This document shows positions 9,083 through 19,609 of a stretch of DNA of 64,000 nucleotides, piece after piece. Position 1 is the first letter of the stretch, and each line of letters opens with the position of its first letter. Below the pieces are notes generated by a model that worked only from the letters and a program-made list of their open reading frames with translations, was not told the origin of the DNA and ran no database searches. Source of the DNA: Thermodesulfobacteriota bacterium (GTDB taxonomy: Bacteria; Desulfobacterota; Desulfobacteria; Desulfobacterales; SURF-7); contig JBMORA010000028.1 of assembly GCA_049320885.1 (NCBI GenBank), forward strand, positions 1 to 64,000, in the 5' to 3' direction. The position numbers and the translations under genes are program-made.

Positions 9083-9859
9083 ATGCTCGGACCAGAGACC
9101 CGACAACAATTACAGCAAATCCTGGTGAACCTCAGGCAACAAATTCTGGCCAACCGCCGCTACCTGGATTCCGCGTGGTTGAAATTGAATGAGCCGGAAA
9201 AAGAACTGGAAGAATACGCCAGAAAGCTCACCATGGCTCAAAAAATCGTGATGCTGGAGGGCATCGATCAAAAGCGTTTTCATCTGATAGAAGCCGCGCT
9301 CGAAAAAATGGACGCTGGGGAATATGGCCGCTGTGAAGATTGCGGTCAGCCCATTGCCGTAAAACGCCTGCAAGCGCTTCCCTGGGCTCTTTGCTGTGTC
9401 GAATGTGCCTCAGAACAGGAGAAAACCCTGCGATCTCCGGCAACGCAGTCTTCGTCTGCGCCACCGCCGGAATCCATGGGTGACCGGGAAATTTTGGTGG
9501 CCGTTCGGAAAGAAATAGCTGAGACTGAGGACATGGGGGATATCTCCGTGACCTGCAACAATGGGGTGGTGTACCTTGTAGGTTTATTGCCCAATGAGCA
9601 CAGCCGGCGGAACCTCAAGGAAACCATAGAGGATGTCCTTGGTGTGGAAGAAATTGTGGACCATACCAGCATCGAACAACAAAACTGGCCCCCCATGGAA
9701 CCGGGGGCCGAGGATTCCGTGGAGCCGCCGCTGGACAAGAAAACTCCGGAAGAAATTTTGATGAACGGGGAAGATGTCGACGACGATATTCTCGCCGCCT
9801 TACAGGAGGGAACACCCATCATTCCGCCGTCGAAATTCATTCCCGAAAAAAAACCATAG
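9083..9859 (+). CDS. TraR/DksA C4 zinc finger protein fused to a BON-like domain and acidic tail
   Basis: YGRCEDCGQPI..RL.ALP....CVEC; then ISV..NNGVVYL.G...V.GVEEIVD; RBS GAGGAG. Confidence 0.8.
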   Translation: MLGPETRQQLQQILVNLRQQILANRRYLDSAWLKLNEPEKELEEYARKLTMAQKIVMLEGIDQKRFHLIEAALEKMDAGEYGRCEDCGQPIAVKRLQALPWALCCVECASEQEKTLRSPATQSSSAPPPESMGDREILVAVRKEIAETEDMGDISVTCNNGVVYLVGLLPNEHSRRNLKETIEDVLGVEEIVDHTSIEQQNWPPMEPGAEDSVEPPLDKKTPEEILMNGEDVDDDILAALQEGTPIIPPSKFIPEKKP

Positions 9860-9946
9860 ATGGGATTTCCCGCCCCGATAAATGATTGGGGTCGCTTTTC
9901 TCCACGATCCCGTCTTCATGACCACTGATCTTCGGATGGTGGAGAC

Positions 9947-11401
9947 CTATGCCCGGGTTCCTCCCTTGGAATGGAGATCGGAAAGAAACCGAATTTTCCC
10001 TTGTAAAATACTGCCCCCCGGGACGATTGCCTGGGAGGAACGCAGATTTTCAATGCGGACATGTCCCTTGATGATCACTCCAGGCTCGAACTTCACATCC
10101 CCCGCGATTTCCAGCGAATCGCAGAATTGCAATGACGGAATGGCCGGAAGGCGTTTGAAAAAGCCATCCATGGTCTTGAAGTATAGCGGGTCGAGTTTTA
10201 CAAACGGCAGCCGCCTCCGGCGGTTGGGTTGGGTAACCACCCGGCCGTCTTCGCCCAACCGCATCAGGTCCGAACGGACGATGAGCAGGTCGCTGCTTTT
10301 TTTCACCGGCAGGAACCGGCGTCTGGGAACCAGCACGGCCGTGGCTTTTGGAAACAGACCGATGGCATGTCCCATGGCCGTTTCGATCTGGTAAACAGCC
10401 GGCGAACGTGCATCGGTGGGATCCAGGGTTTTTGGATTGGCGAAAAACGGCAGGCGGAATCCTTGACCGGCAGACATTATTTCTTTCACATGTCCCAAAT
10501 GCAGCCAAATGTTGTTGGTGTTGAACAGCCGATGGCGCCGGATATCGCTGAAAGCATTCAGATCCTGCCGGGGACATTGCGCCAACTCCCGCAATACCAG
10601 GGTGCCATCGGCGCGGCAGGCCAAATGGCCGCCCTTCTGGTCATTCCGGATTCTCTCAGCCACTTCCATCATGAAGGCCAGGTCGTGGGCGGCGAAATAC
10701 CCCAACAGGGAAGGCTCCACCACGGCGCCGAGATTGTCCGCATTGGAAACAAAGGCGTATTTTATACCCTTATTCAACAATTCCTGCAAAATGCCCGAAA
10801 AATACAACGCGGCAAACAGATCCCCATGTCCGGCCGGGCTCCATTCCAACCGGGGATCGATGGGCCACTGGGCCGGTGCGAAATCATCCTGAAGCACTTT
10901 CGGGAATTGGTGCTGGAGAAAAAATAGCGGCATGCTGCGCGGCTGGATTCGATGGATGGCCGCTCTTGTTTCCGCGTGGGTATGAAAGCTGTTCATCAAC
11001 ACCAATTGAACATTTTGAACATCCGCCTGGTACAGGATGGTTTCCAGAAAACTTTTGCCGTTAAGGGCTTTCAGCAGAGATTTCGTGCGTCTAAGCCCAA
11101 GACTGGTTCCCAAACCTCCGTTCAGCTTGATCATGGCGGTTTGATTCAACAGTTTACCACCAATTCTTGAATAGCCTTCCAGGTGGGCCGCATGTGGAAG
11201 CGCCTCCGGTGCCAGGGGCCGGATGGCAACCTCGTGGATCAAGCCCGTGTTTCCCGCCGCCAGGCGCCCATAATAATAGGCAAAGGTTTCTTGAACGGCC
11301 TCAGGCAGTCCAACACGGTTCATTTTTTCCATGAACTGCGGGAGGTGGGCCGGCAAACTTGAATTTTCAGGCTGTTGCAGACCTTTCGCTCGTTGGGTCA
11401 T
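9947..11401 (-). CDS. UTP--glucose-1-phosphate uridylyltransferase, eukaryote-like UDPGP family
   Basis: KLNGGLGTS.G, MNSF.T, W.P.GHGD, FVSNADNLGA, KGGHL, FNTNN.W, ETAMG, RFLPVK. Confidence 0.9.
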   Translation of the reverse strand: MTQRAKGLQQPENSSLPAHLPQFMEKMNRVGLPEAVQETFAYYYGRLAAGNTGLIHEVAIRPLAPEALPHAAHLEGYSRIGGKLLNQTAMIKLNGGLGTSLGLRRTKSLLKALNGKSFLETILYQADVQNVQLVLMNSFHTHAETRAAIHRIQPRSMPLFFLQHQFPKVLQDDFAPAQWPIDPRLEWSPAGHGDLFAALYFSGILQELLNKGIKYAFVSNADNLGAVVEPSLLGYFAAHDLAFMMEVAERIRNDQKGGHLACRADGTLVLRELAQCPRQDLNAFSDIRRHRLFNTNNIWLHLGHVKEIMSAGQGFRLPFFANPKTLDPTDARSPAVYQIETAMGHAIGLFPKATAVLVPRRRFLPVKKSSDLLIVRSDLMRLGEDGRVVTQPNRRRRLPFVKLDPLYFKTMDGFFKRLPAIPSLQFCDSLEIAGDVKFEPGVIIKGHVRIENLRSSQAIVPGGSILQGKIRFLSDLHSKGGTRA

Positions 11402-11924
11402 GGGGTTTACCTCCTATTCATGTTAATTGGGAAATCGCCTCTTCTCGTGGAGCCTTCAGGAAACTGGTCATCCGGCAGCGGTTTACCCGCATCAAAGCAA
11501 TTCCTGATGGGTGAGTTCAACTATTTGATTTCTGCCGGCCAGAGGATGGTTGGCATCCAGGGTCACAGTCGTGCCGATTCACCCGATTTTCGTTTTGTAT
11601 CTTGTTCAGAGATCAACATTGATAACAATGGGGCCAATTCTGTAGATCCGGAGACATTCTTCTGTATTCAATAATCAATCGGCAGCAAGTCGACCGCCGA
11701 CCCAGGAAATCCCCATCGTCAATTCCAAGATTTTAAAAAAGATTGCAGATCTAATTTGTTATCGATATAAGTGATCTGTCTTTTCCTTCCGTTAAAGGTG
11801 CCGGTGTTTTTACGGCAAACGATGGGACAATGTTGAAGTCAGAATTTTTCTGCGCCAGTTGCAGGGTTGTCGCCCGTTGCACTTTTTGTTTTTTAACAAA
11901 AACCACCAAGTGTAGACAATTGCG

Positions 11925-13106
11925 ATGAAAAATCTCAACGGGAATTGCTATACACTGACTTTGTTCGTGGCCGGAACTGGAAAATCATCAACCATAGCAA
12001 GACGGAATTTGGAATGTATTTTCCGTGAGGAACTAAAAATCGACTACGCTCTCCGGATTGTCGATGTGCTGGAAACCCCCCAGGCTGCTGTGGCAAACGG
12101 AGTTGTTCTAGCGCCGTCACTACTACTGGTGGAGGCAAATAGCCGGCCCGTGCTGATTGTCGGTGACCTGAGCGACACTGCTCGAATAAATACCGCATTG
12201 GGGCTTTCGTCGCCCATTCAAACAAACCCCGGTGCATCCCGACAGGACGAGGTTACCCTTGCATTGCAACATGGCCAAGTGGATGCGGTTGTCGGACTCA
12301 ACGGCATTTACCTGGTACAATCCAGTGAGTTGGAAGAAAAACGGCGGCACAGCGAAACTGAGCTTCGCAATATCGTAGATAATCAACACGAAATCATTCG
12401 GGACAACAATCGCCTGCTGCAGGCCCTGAGCACAAAATTGAGTGAGCTTTCCTATCAGACTCTGCAATGCATTGAAAACGAGAGAAAAATAATCGCCAGA
12501 GAACTGCACGACAGCATCGGCGCCAGCCTGACAGCCATCAAATTTGGTCTGGAAAGCCGGCTGCTCAAAATGGATCAGCCGCCGGAGCCGGATGTCATCT
12601 CCTTTGAACAACTCATCGACTACCTAAAGGACGCCAGCCGGGAAACCAAACGGATTTCAGACGGCTTGCGGCCCAGCTGGCTGGATGAGAGAAATCTGTT
12701 GGAGGCCGTGCAGCAGCATATTGAGCAATTTCGGGAATATCATGCCCATATCGAGGTGCAAACCCAAATCGACGTGGAGGCTACATCCCTTACACCCCGT
12801 TTCAAAATCGTCCTGTTCCGCGTGCTCCAGGAGGCCTTGAACAACATCGTCAAACACAGCCAGGCGGACCGCGTGGAAATCTTCCTGAGACGAAATGGCA
12901 ACTGTATAGAATTACAGGTCAAAGATAATGGTTGCGGCTTTGAAGCCGAAAAGGGGTCAGAAAAACAGGGCCGGCCGGCTGGTTTCGGCCTGATAAGCAT
13001 GCGCGGCCGGGTGGAGCTTTGTAGCGGCTGTTTCGAAATCTGTTCCAAACCCGGTCAAGGCACAACTATCAGCGTTGCGTTACCATTGGAACAGATCAAC
13101 GGATAA
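11925..13106 (+). CDS. KaiB-like domain fused to HisKA_3 histidine kinase
   Basis: N-terminal YTLTLFVAG...S..A..NL...YALRIVDVLETPQ.A....V..P.L (KaiB-like); ARELHDSIG H-box, QEALNNIVKH, DNGCGF, GFGL. Confidence 0.85.
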   Translation: MKNLNGNCYTLTLFVAGTGKSSTIARRNLECIFREELKIDYALRIVDVLETPQAAVANGVVLAPSLLLVEANSRPVLIVGDLSDTARINTALGLSSPIQTNPGASRQDEVTLALQHGQVDAVVGLNGIYLVQSSELEEKRRHSETELRNIVDNQHEIIRDNNRLLQALSTKLSELSYQTLQCIENERKIIARELHDSIGASLTAIKFGLESRLLKMDQPPEPDVISFEQLIDYLKDASRETKRISDGLRPSWLDERNLLEAVQQHIEQFREYHAHIEVQTQIDVEATSLTPRFKIVLFRVLQEALNNIVKHSQADRVEIFLRRNGNCIELQVKDNGCGFEAEKGSEKQGRPAGFGLISMRGRVELCSGCFEICSKPGQGTTISVALPLEQING

Positions 13107-13281
13107 TCAGCAACGGTTGAAAAAATATGTAATTATTTTTTCTATTATTCTAAACTATTATTCCATATGCTGGCCATCCCATTTCAAGGGCAACCACCGA
13201 TTTTTCCCACCATGGGTTGCATTTTGGCGCTTCGCCTGCTACCGTTATCCGTAACAGGAGAATGACCAAGGAGAACCGCTA

Positions 13282-14184
13282 ATGATCATCACCATTGGAG
13301 AAGTGGTGACGGATCATTTCCCGAAGTATCGACGCATCGGTGGGGCGCCGCTCAATTTTGCCTGTCATCTACAAAAATTCAGGGAGAATGTGGTCCTGAT
13401 CACCCGTTTGGGTAACGATGCCGACGGAGATGAAATCCGAAGCTTGATCCGCGACCACGGCTTGCCATCTGCCTTTATCCAGCGCGACCGGCACCACTCC
13501 ACCGGTCGGGTGCATGTGACCCTGGATGCCCAGGGGGGGCCGAATTTCGATATCGTCATCGGCACTGCTTATGACCATATCGAGCTGGATCCCTCTGTTT
13601 TCAGCCGCCTGGCGGGGGAACAGACGCTTATCTACTATGGATCGCTGATTCAGCGCAGCACCAATGGTTTTACACAGCTCCGACGCTTTTTGGAAAGCCG
13701 GCCGAAAAGCGCAAAATGCTTCTGCGACATCAATCTGCGCCCCCCCCATTTCCGCCACGAAGTCATCGAGCAATGTCTGCACTACGCCGACATTCTCAAG
13801 CTCAATGAAGAGGAACTTATGACCATAGCGGCAATGCTGACAGTTTCCGGAACAGCACCGGACATGGTCGCGGCGTTGATGGATCGGTACCGTCTCGAGA
13901 TGGTCGCCGTCACCCTGGGAGCGGGCGGCAGTTTCGTCGTACACGCAAACCAGCGCTATGACGCTCCCCGACCGAAGACAGAAGACCTGGTGGATACCGT
14001 GGGTGCAGGGGATGCTTTCGCCGCTGTACTCGCCTTGGGATACCTGCGACAGCTACCCCTGAACCTTGTCCTGAAGGTGGCGACGGGTTTCGCCGCCGAA
14101 GTTTGCCGACGCCCGGGAGCGATACCCGCGGATGATGCCCCTTATGAGCGAGTCGAACGCCAACTAAAGGACTCTCAGAGATGA
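13282..14184 (+). CDS. PfkB-family fructokinase
   Basis: GGAPLNFA, DINLRP, LKLNEEE, VDTVGAGDAF; first gene of the sps-sus operon. Confidence 0.85.
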   Translation: MIITIGEVVTDHFPKYRRIGGAPLNFACHLQKFRENVVLITRLGNDADGDEIRSLIRDHGLPSAFIQRDRHHSTGRVHVTLDAQGGPNFDIVIGTAYDHIELDPSVFSRLAGEQTLIYYGSLIQRSTNGFTQLRRFLESRPKSAKCFCDINLRPPHFRHEVIEQCLHYADILKLNEEELMTIAAMLTVSGTAPDMVAALMDRYRLEMVAVTLGAGGSFVVHANQRYDAPRPKTEDLVDTVGAGDAFAAVLALGYLRQLPLNLVLKVATGFAAEVCRRPGAIPADDAPYERVERQLKDSQR

Positions 14185-16427
14185 CCGACAGCTTACCCTA
14201 CATCCAGATGTTCAGCCTGCATGGACTGATCCGCAGCAGGAACATGGAGCTTGGCAGAGACGCTGATACCGGCGGACAGGTGAAATACGTCATTGAACTC
14301 TGCCAGCACCTGAGTCGACAGCCGGAGATCGGACGGGTCGATCTGTTTACCCGCCTGGTGGCCGACAAACGCGTCTCGGAAGACTATGCCCAACCCGTCG
14401 AGGTGGTGAACCCCAAATTCCGCATTATCCGGATTCAGTGCGGCGGCCGGAAATATATCCGCAAAGAGCTGCTGTGGCCCCACCTCGACGAATATGTGGA
14501 CAAATGCGTCAAATTCATGAAGCGCGAGAAGCAGGCCCCCGATGTGCTACACGGCCATTACGCCGATGCCGGATATGTGGCCTTGCAGCTGGCCGACTTT
14601 TTCGGCGCGCCGTTCATTTTCACCGGCCACAGCCTGGGCCGTTCCAAGCTGCAAAAACTGCTGGACGACGGAATGACCCGGGAGGACATCGTCAAAAAAT
14701 ACAAGATCGACCATCGCATCCAGGTGGAGGAGACCATTCTGGCCCATGGGGATCTCTTGATCACCAGCACCCGCCAGGAGATGGAGGTGCAATACGGCCA
14801 ATACGACTACCACGACCTGCCCACCTATGCCATCATTCCGCCGGGGATCGACATCGACAAGTTTTATCCGTTCTACCACCACCTTCTTTCGGAAAACGGG
14901 GTTTCGGAAAACGCCATGTTCGCCCAGGCCTCCATGCTGAAGGAACTCAACCGCTTTTTCCTAAAACCGGACAAGCCGCTTATCCTGGCCCTATGCCGAC
15001 CCGACAAACGCAAAAACATTTCGGGACTGATCCAGGCCTATGGGAAAGATCTGGAACTGCAGGCCATGGCCAACCTGGCGGTTTTCGCCGGTATCCGTAA
15101 GGATATCGACACCATGGAGGAAAACGAACGGGACGTGCTCACCGGCATGCTCCTGTTGATGGACAAATACGACCTGTACGGCAAAATGGCCATCCCGAAA
15201 AAACATGATGTCGAATATGAGGTCCCCGCCCTTTACCGCATCGCCGCGGAGAGCCGGGGGGTATTTGTCAATCCGGCCCTTACCGAACCCTTCGGCATCA
15301 CCCTGCTGGAGGCCTCGGCCACCGGTCTGCCCATTGTCGCCACCAATGATGGCGGTCCCAAGGACATTCTGCGGAATTGCAGCAACGGCATCCTGGTGGA
15401 TCCCAACAGTTCACGGGCCATTTCCACAGCCTTGAAAAAAATCGTCGCGGACCCGGAGCGCTGGGAAAAGTATTCCAAAAACGGCATCCTAAACGTCCGG
15501 AAGCACTACACATGGAAGAGTCACGCGGAGGCCTACACGGAAAAACTCCGGGACCTCGTCCGCAAGCATAAGCCGTACCACCTGGATGCCGTGGTGCCCA
15601 CCGATGCCATCGGACGCCGCTTAATGGAACTGGACTACTTCCTGATCACCGATATCGACAACACCTTGATCGGTAAAGACAACACCCGCTTGGCCGAACT
15701 CTTGGAGCTGCTGGAAGCCCACCGCCATTCTATCGGCTTCGGGGTCGCCACCGGCCGTACCGTCGAATCCGCCTGGGAGATCCTGTCCAGACACGGCGTG
15801 CCGGCTCCGGACATCATCATCGGTTCCGTTGGAGCGGAAATCTACTATGGTCCCCAGCGGCAATTCGGCCAAGGCTGGGGCACCCATATCAGCCACAAAT
15901 GGGAGCGGGAGAAAATCGTCGAACTGCTTTCGGACTTTTCCTTTTTGTCTTTTCAGGAAGCCGATGCCCAGCGGCCGTTCAAAATCAGCTACTATATCGA
16001 ACCCGGTAAAGACCGGCTGGCGCAGATCCACCATCGCCTAAACGTGCACAAATGTCGCTATAACCTGATCTATTCCCACGAACGCTATTTGGATATTCTT
16101 CCGTATCGCGCCTCCAAGGGCAAGGCCATCCGATACCTGAGTTACAAATGGGAGATCCCGCTGCAGAACTTTCTTGTCTGCGGCGATTCAGGCAACGATG
16201 AAGAAATGCTGCGGGGCGAACCGCTCGCCGTGATCGTCGGTGATTACAGTCCCGAGCTGGAAATGCTCAAAGGCGCCCCCAGTGTCTTTTTCGCCGAAGC
16301 GCCATGTGCCGGCGGCATCCTGCAGGGATTGAAACGCTATCATTTCCTTGAAAAGGCGAGTGAAACGTGTGAAGCACATGGTAACCAGCAGACGGGAATC
16401 CGCGAAAAAAAGGAGGAAGTGGCGTGA
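14181..16427 (+). CDS. sps: Sucrose-phosphate synthase with C-terminal sucrose-phosphatase HAD domain
   Basis: ELGRDADTGGQVKYV, HGHYADAG, FTGHSLG, EPFGITLLEA; HAD motifs DIDNT, ATGR, GDSGND intact. Confidence 0.92.
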   Translation: MTDSLPYIQMFSLHGLIRSRNMELGRDADTGGQVKYVIELCQHLSRQPEIGRVDLFTRLVADKRVSEDYAQPVEVVNPKFRIIRIQCGGRKYIRKELLWPHLDEYVDKCVKFMKREKQAPDVLHGHYADAGYVALQLADFFGAPFIFTGHSLGRSKLQKLLDDGMTREDIVKKYKIDHRIQVEETILAHGDLLITSTRQEMEVQYGQYDYHDLPTYAIIPPGIDIDKFYPFYHHLLSENGVSENAMFAQASMLKELNRFFLKPDKPLILALCRPDKRKNISGLIQAYGKDLELQAMANLAVFAGIRKDIDTMEENERDVLTGMLLLMDKYDLYGKMAIPKKHDVEYEVPALYRIAAESRGVFVNPALTEPFGITLLEASATGLPIVATNDGGPKDILRNCSNGILVDPNSSRAISTALKKIVADPERWEKYSKNGILNVRKHYTWKSHAEAYTEKLRDLVRKHKPYHLDAVVPTDAIGRRLMELDYFLITDIDNTLIGKDNTRLAELLELLEAHRHSIGFGVATGRTVESAWEILSRHGVPAPDIIIGSVGAEIYYGPQRQFGQGWGTHISHKWEREKIVELLSDFSFLSFQEADAQRPFKISYYIEPGKDRLAQIHHRLNVHKCRYNLIYSHERYLDILPYRASKGKAIRYLSYKWEIPLQNFLVCGDSGNDEEMLRGEPLAVIVGDYSPELEMLKGAPSVFFAEAPCAGGILQGLKRYHFLEKASETCEAHGNQQTGIREKKEEVA

Positions 16428-18817
16428 GTAAACAGCTGGAGGCACTACTTCTGGAGAACCAAAAAGATGTATTTCGTTTTTTAAGCAAGGTGGCCGCCCA
16501 TGAAAAAAAACTGTTCGTCAAAGGCGATCTGCTGGAAATCCTGGAGTGCTACAAGGCCGAAAGCGGCGAGGAACATCATGCCGCCATCAGCGACCTTGCG
16601 CGGAAGATCAACGAAGGAGTCGCCATCGGCAGCTGCATTTATTTCGAGTTTCGCGAAAAGATTGGTTTTTCAGAATGTTATATCTTTAACCTGGAAGAGC
16701 TCGCCTTCAACCAGATCAGTGCGGCGCAATACCTGAAGGCCAAGGAGACCTTCATCAAACCGGAACAGACGGAAGACCTGTTGACCCTGAATTTCAGAAC
16801 GTTTTACGACAAGTTCCCCAGCGTCCGGGAATCCAAGAATATCGGGCATGGCGTCGAATACCTCAACCGGTATCTGTCTAGCAACATGTTCACCAATCCG
16901 GCCAAACTGAGTGCCGCCCTTTTCGATTTCTTGTTTCTTCACAAAATCGGCACGCGCCAGCTGGTGCTCAACGACAGGGTCAACAGCCCCGAAAAACTCT
17001 CGGCGAGCATCGAGAAGGCCAAGAAGTTCTTGCAGAAACAGGCGGACAACGAGCCGTATGAAAACATCAAACAGGTCCTGCAGGAGTTTGGATTAGAACC
17101 CGGCCTGGGAAATACTGCTGCCAAGATCATGGAAAGCCTGGAATTGCTCGATACCATCATGTTGTCCCCCGACCCCCAATCCCTTAAAGCCTTTCTGTCC
17201 CGGATTCCCATGATTTTTAACATCGCCGTCATTTCCCCCCACGGCTATTTCGGCCAAGAAGGGGTGCTGGGTATGCCCGATACCGGCGGTCAGGTCGTGT
17301 ATATCCTGGATCAGGTCAAGGCCCTGGAGCAGGCCATGGCCGAATCGTTTTTGGAGTCTGGCGTCACCGCGCGGCCAAAAATCATCATCCTGACCCGTTT
17401 GATCCCCAATGCCGGGAATACCTGCTGTAATCAGCGGTTGGAGAAAGTGCATGAAACCCGGAACACCTGGATCCTGCGGGTGCCCTTTCGCCAGCACAAC
17501 AAGCGCGTCACCGACAACTGGATCTCCCGATTCGAAATATGGCCCTATCTGGAGGAATTCGCCCTGGATGCCTGCCGGGAACTGTTGACCGAATTCGGCC
17601 AAAGGCCGGATCTCCTCATCGGCAATTACTCGGACGGCAATCTGGTGGCCTCCATCCTTTCCCGGAAACTGGGCGTCACCCAATGCAATATCGCCCACGC
17701 CCTCGAAAAGAGCAAGTACCTGTTCAGCGCCTTGTACTGGGAAAGCATGGAGGAACAATATCATTTTTCCAGCCAGTTTACCGTGGATCTTCTGGCCATG
17801 AACAGCGCCAACTTCATCATCACCTCCTCGTATCAGGAAATCGCGGGAACCGAAGAAAGCATCGGGCAGTATGAGTCTTATCTCAATTTCACCCTGCCGG
17901 GTCTGTATCGCGTCACCGGCGGGATCAATCTGTTCCATCCCAAGTTCAACATCCTGCCGCCGGGCGTGAACACGAAAGTCTATTTCCCTTATACCCGCAA
18001 GAAAGAAAGAAGAGAGAAAACCTGCCGCGAACTGACCCGACTGTTGTTCGAGAATGCTGAGGATCCGGAAGTCTTCGGCCGCCTGACGGAGCCGGATAAA
18101 GTCCCGATTTTTTCCCTGGCGCGGTTGGATAAAATAAAAAACCTGTCCGCCTTGGTTCAATGGTTCGGAAAAAGCAAGGAACTTCAGGAACAGGCGAACC
18201 TGATCATCGTGGCTGGCAAGGTCGACCCGGAGCATTCGACGGACGGCGAGGAAAAGGAGCAGATCCATCTGCTCCATGCGCTCATCGGCACCTATGACCT
18301 GCAGGATAAAATCAGGTGGATCGGCAAGCTGTTCCGCAAGGAGCAGACCGGCGAAGTGTACCGCCTCATCGCCGACCGGAAAGGGGTGTTCGTCCAGCCG
18401 GCCCTGTTCGAAGGCTTCGGTCTGACCGTGCTGGAAGCCATGCGTTCTGGGCTCCCGGTCTTCGCCACCCAATATGGCGGCCCCTTGGAGATCATCCAGG
18501 ACGGTCGCTCCGGATTTCACATCGACCCCATCAACGAAGTCGAAACCATCGACAAATTATCAGGATTCCTTCAAAAATGCGCCATCGATGCCGGCCATTG
18601 GACGAGAATATCTAAAAATGCAATCGAACGGGTGGATACAACCTATAATTGGGGACTCTATTCCAGGAACCTGCTGTCCCTGGCGAAAATCTACGGTTTC
18701 TGGCGCTTTTCCACCAATATCGAAATGGAGGAAATGAATGCCTATCTCGATGTGCTATACCATTTGCTGTACCTGCCCATGGCCAGAAAAATCATGGATA
18801 TGCATATGCAGCGATAA
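16424..18817 (+). CDS. sus: Sucrose synthase
   Basis: SPHGYFGQ..VLG.PDTGGQVVYILDQV, WISRFEIWPYLE, IGNYSDGNLVA, AHALEK, VQPALFEGFGLT. Confidence 0.95.
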   Translation: MSKQLEALLLENQKDVFRFLSKVAAHEKKLFVKGDLLEILECYKAESGEEHHAAISDLARKINEGVAIGSCIYFEFREKIGFSECYIFNLEELAFNQISAAQYLKAKETFIKPEQTEDLLTLNFRTFYDKFPSVRESKNIGHGVEYLNRYLSSNMFTNPAKLSAALFDFLFLHKIGTRQLVLNDRVNSPEKLSASIEKAKKFLQKQADNEPYENIKQVLQEFGLEPGLGNTAAKIMESLELLDTIMLSPDPQSLKAFLSRIPMIFNIAVISPHGYFGQEGVLGMPDTGGQVVYILDQVKALEQAMAESFLESGVTARPKIIILTRLIPNAGNTCCNQRLEKVHETRNTWILRVPFRQHNKRVTDNWISRFEIWPYLEEFALDACRELLTEFGQRPDLLIGNYSDGNLVASILSRKLGVTQCNIAHALEKSKYLFSALYWESMEEQYHFSSQFTVDLLAMNSANFIITSSYQEIAGTEESIGQYESYLNFTLPGLYRVTGGINLFHPKFNILPPGVNTKVYFPYTRKKERREKTCRELTRLLFENAEDPEVFGRLTEPDKVPIFSLARLDKIKNLSALVQWFGKSKELQEQANLIIVAGKVDPEHSTDGEEKEQIHLLHALIGTYDLQDKIRWIGKLFRKEQTGEVYRLIADRKGVFVQPALFEGFGLTVLEAMRSGLPVFATQYGGPLEIIQDGRSGFHIDPINEVETIDKLSGFLQKCAIDAGHWTRISKNAIERVDTTYNWGLYSRNLLSLAKIYGFWRFSTNIEMEEMNAYLDVLYHLLYLPMARKIMDMHMQR

Positions 18818-18931
18818 CGGAGAGCGTGGCGCAACCGTTGAGTGGGAGGTGCAAAGATGTTTGACGGAAGAAACCTATATCATACTGCACGGACCGGATA
18901 ATGATTCGGCGAGTCATTTAATCTTCTGGCT

Positions 18932-19609
18932 TCAGGACTCGGTGGAGATGCTTACGAGGCGCTTCTCGATGGCATAAGCCGTGAGTCCGGAGGCGTTGTG
19001 GATATCCAACTTACTCATTATATTGGAGCGATGCTTGCTCACCGTTTTTTCGCTGATGCATAAGAAATCCGCGATCTCCATATTTTTATAACCCTCGCCG
19101 ATGAGCTTCAGGACTTCTTTTTCCCGCTGGGTCAGAGTGTCCCAGGAGGTTTTCTTTTTAAGGCGTTTCTTGCCTTCAAGATATCCTTCCAGAACCTTGT
19201 CTGAAATCGCCGGGCTCAAATAGGTTTTTCCGTCCATTACTGTGGTCATGGCCTTGAGCAGATCCTCATAAGAATCGTCTTTCAGGCAGTAACCATTGGC
19301 GCCGGCTTGAAAAGCGTCTATAATGAACTCGTCGTCGGCATGGATGGTAAGGACCAGGATTTTGATGGCCTGTGTTTTTCTCCGGATTTCGTTGATAGCC
19401 GGAATACCGTTCATTTTGGGCATGGATAAATCCAGCAAAATCAGATCCGGTTGATGTTTATCCGTTACGCGTATGACCTCCAAGCCATCTTCCGCCTCCC
19501 CCACTACGCTAAATTCACCCGAGGCTTCCAACAAGGCGCGCAAACCCTGTCGCACAATGGTACTGTCTTCGCCAATTACAACTCGGGTGCTTTTTCGAAA
19601 TTGGTTCAT
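18932..19609 (-). CDS. NarL/LuxR family response regulator
   Basis: Receiver LLDLSMP plus HTH LTQREKEVLKLI...ISEKTV..HRSNIM.KL. Confidence 0.93.
   Translation of the reverse strand: MNQFRKSTRVVIGEDSTIVRQGLRALLEASGEFSVVGEAEDGLEVIRVTDKHQPDLILLDLSMPKMNGIPAINEIRRKTQAIKILVLTIHADDEFIIDAFQAGANGYCLKDDSYEDLLKAMTTVMDGKTYLSPAISDKVLEGYLEGKKRLKKKTSWDTLTQREKEVLKLIGEGYKNMEIADFLCISEKTVSKHRSNIMSKLDIHNASGLTAYAIEKRLVSISTES

Noticed and set aside
17093..18520. 475-aa antisense ORF
   Set aside because: Shadow of sucrose synthase; no recognisable motifs
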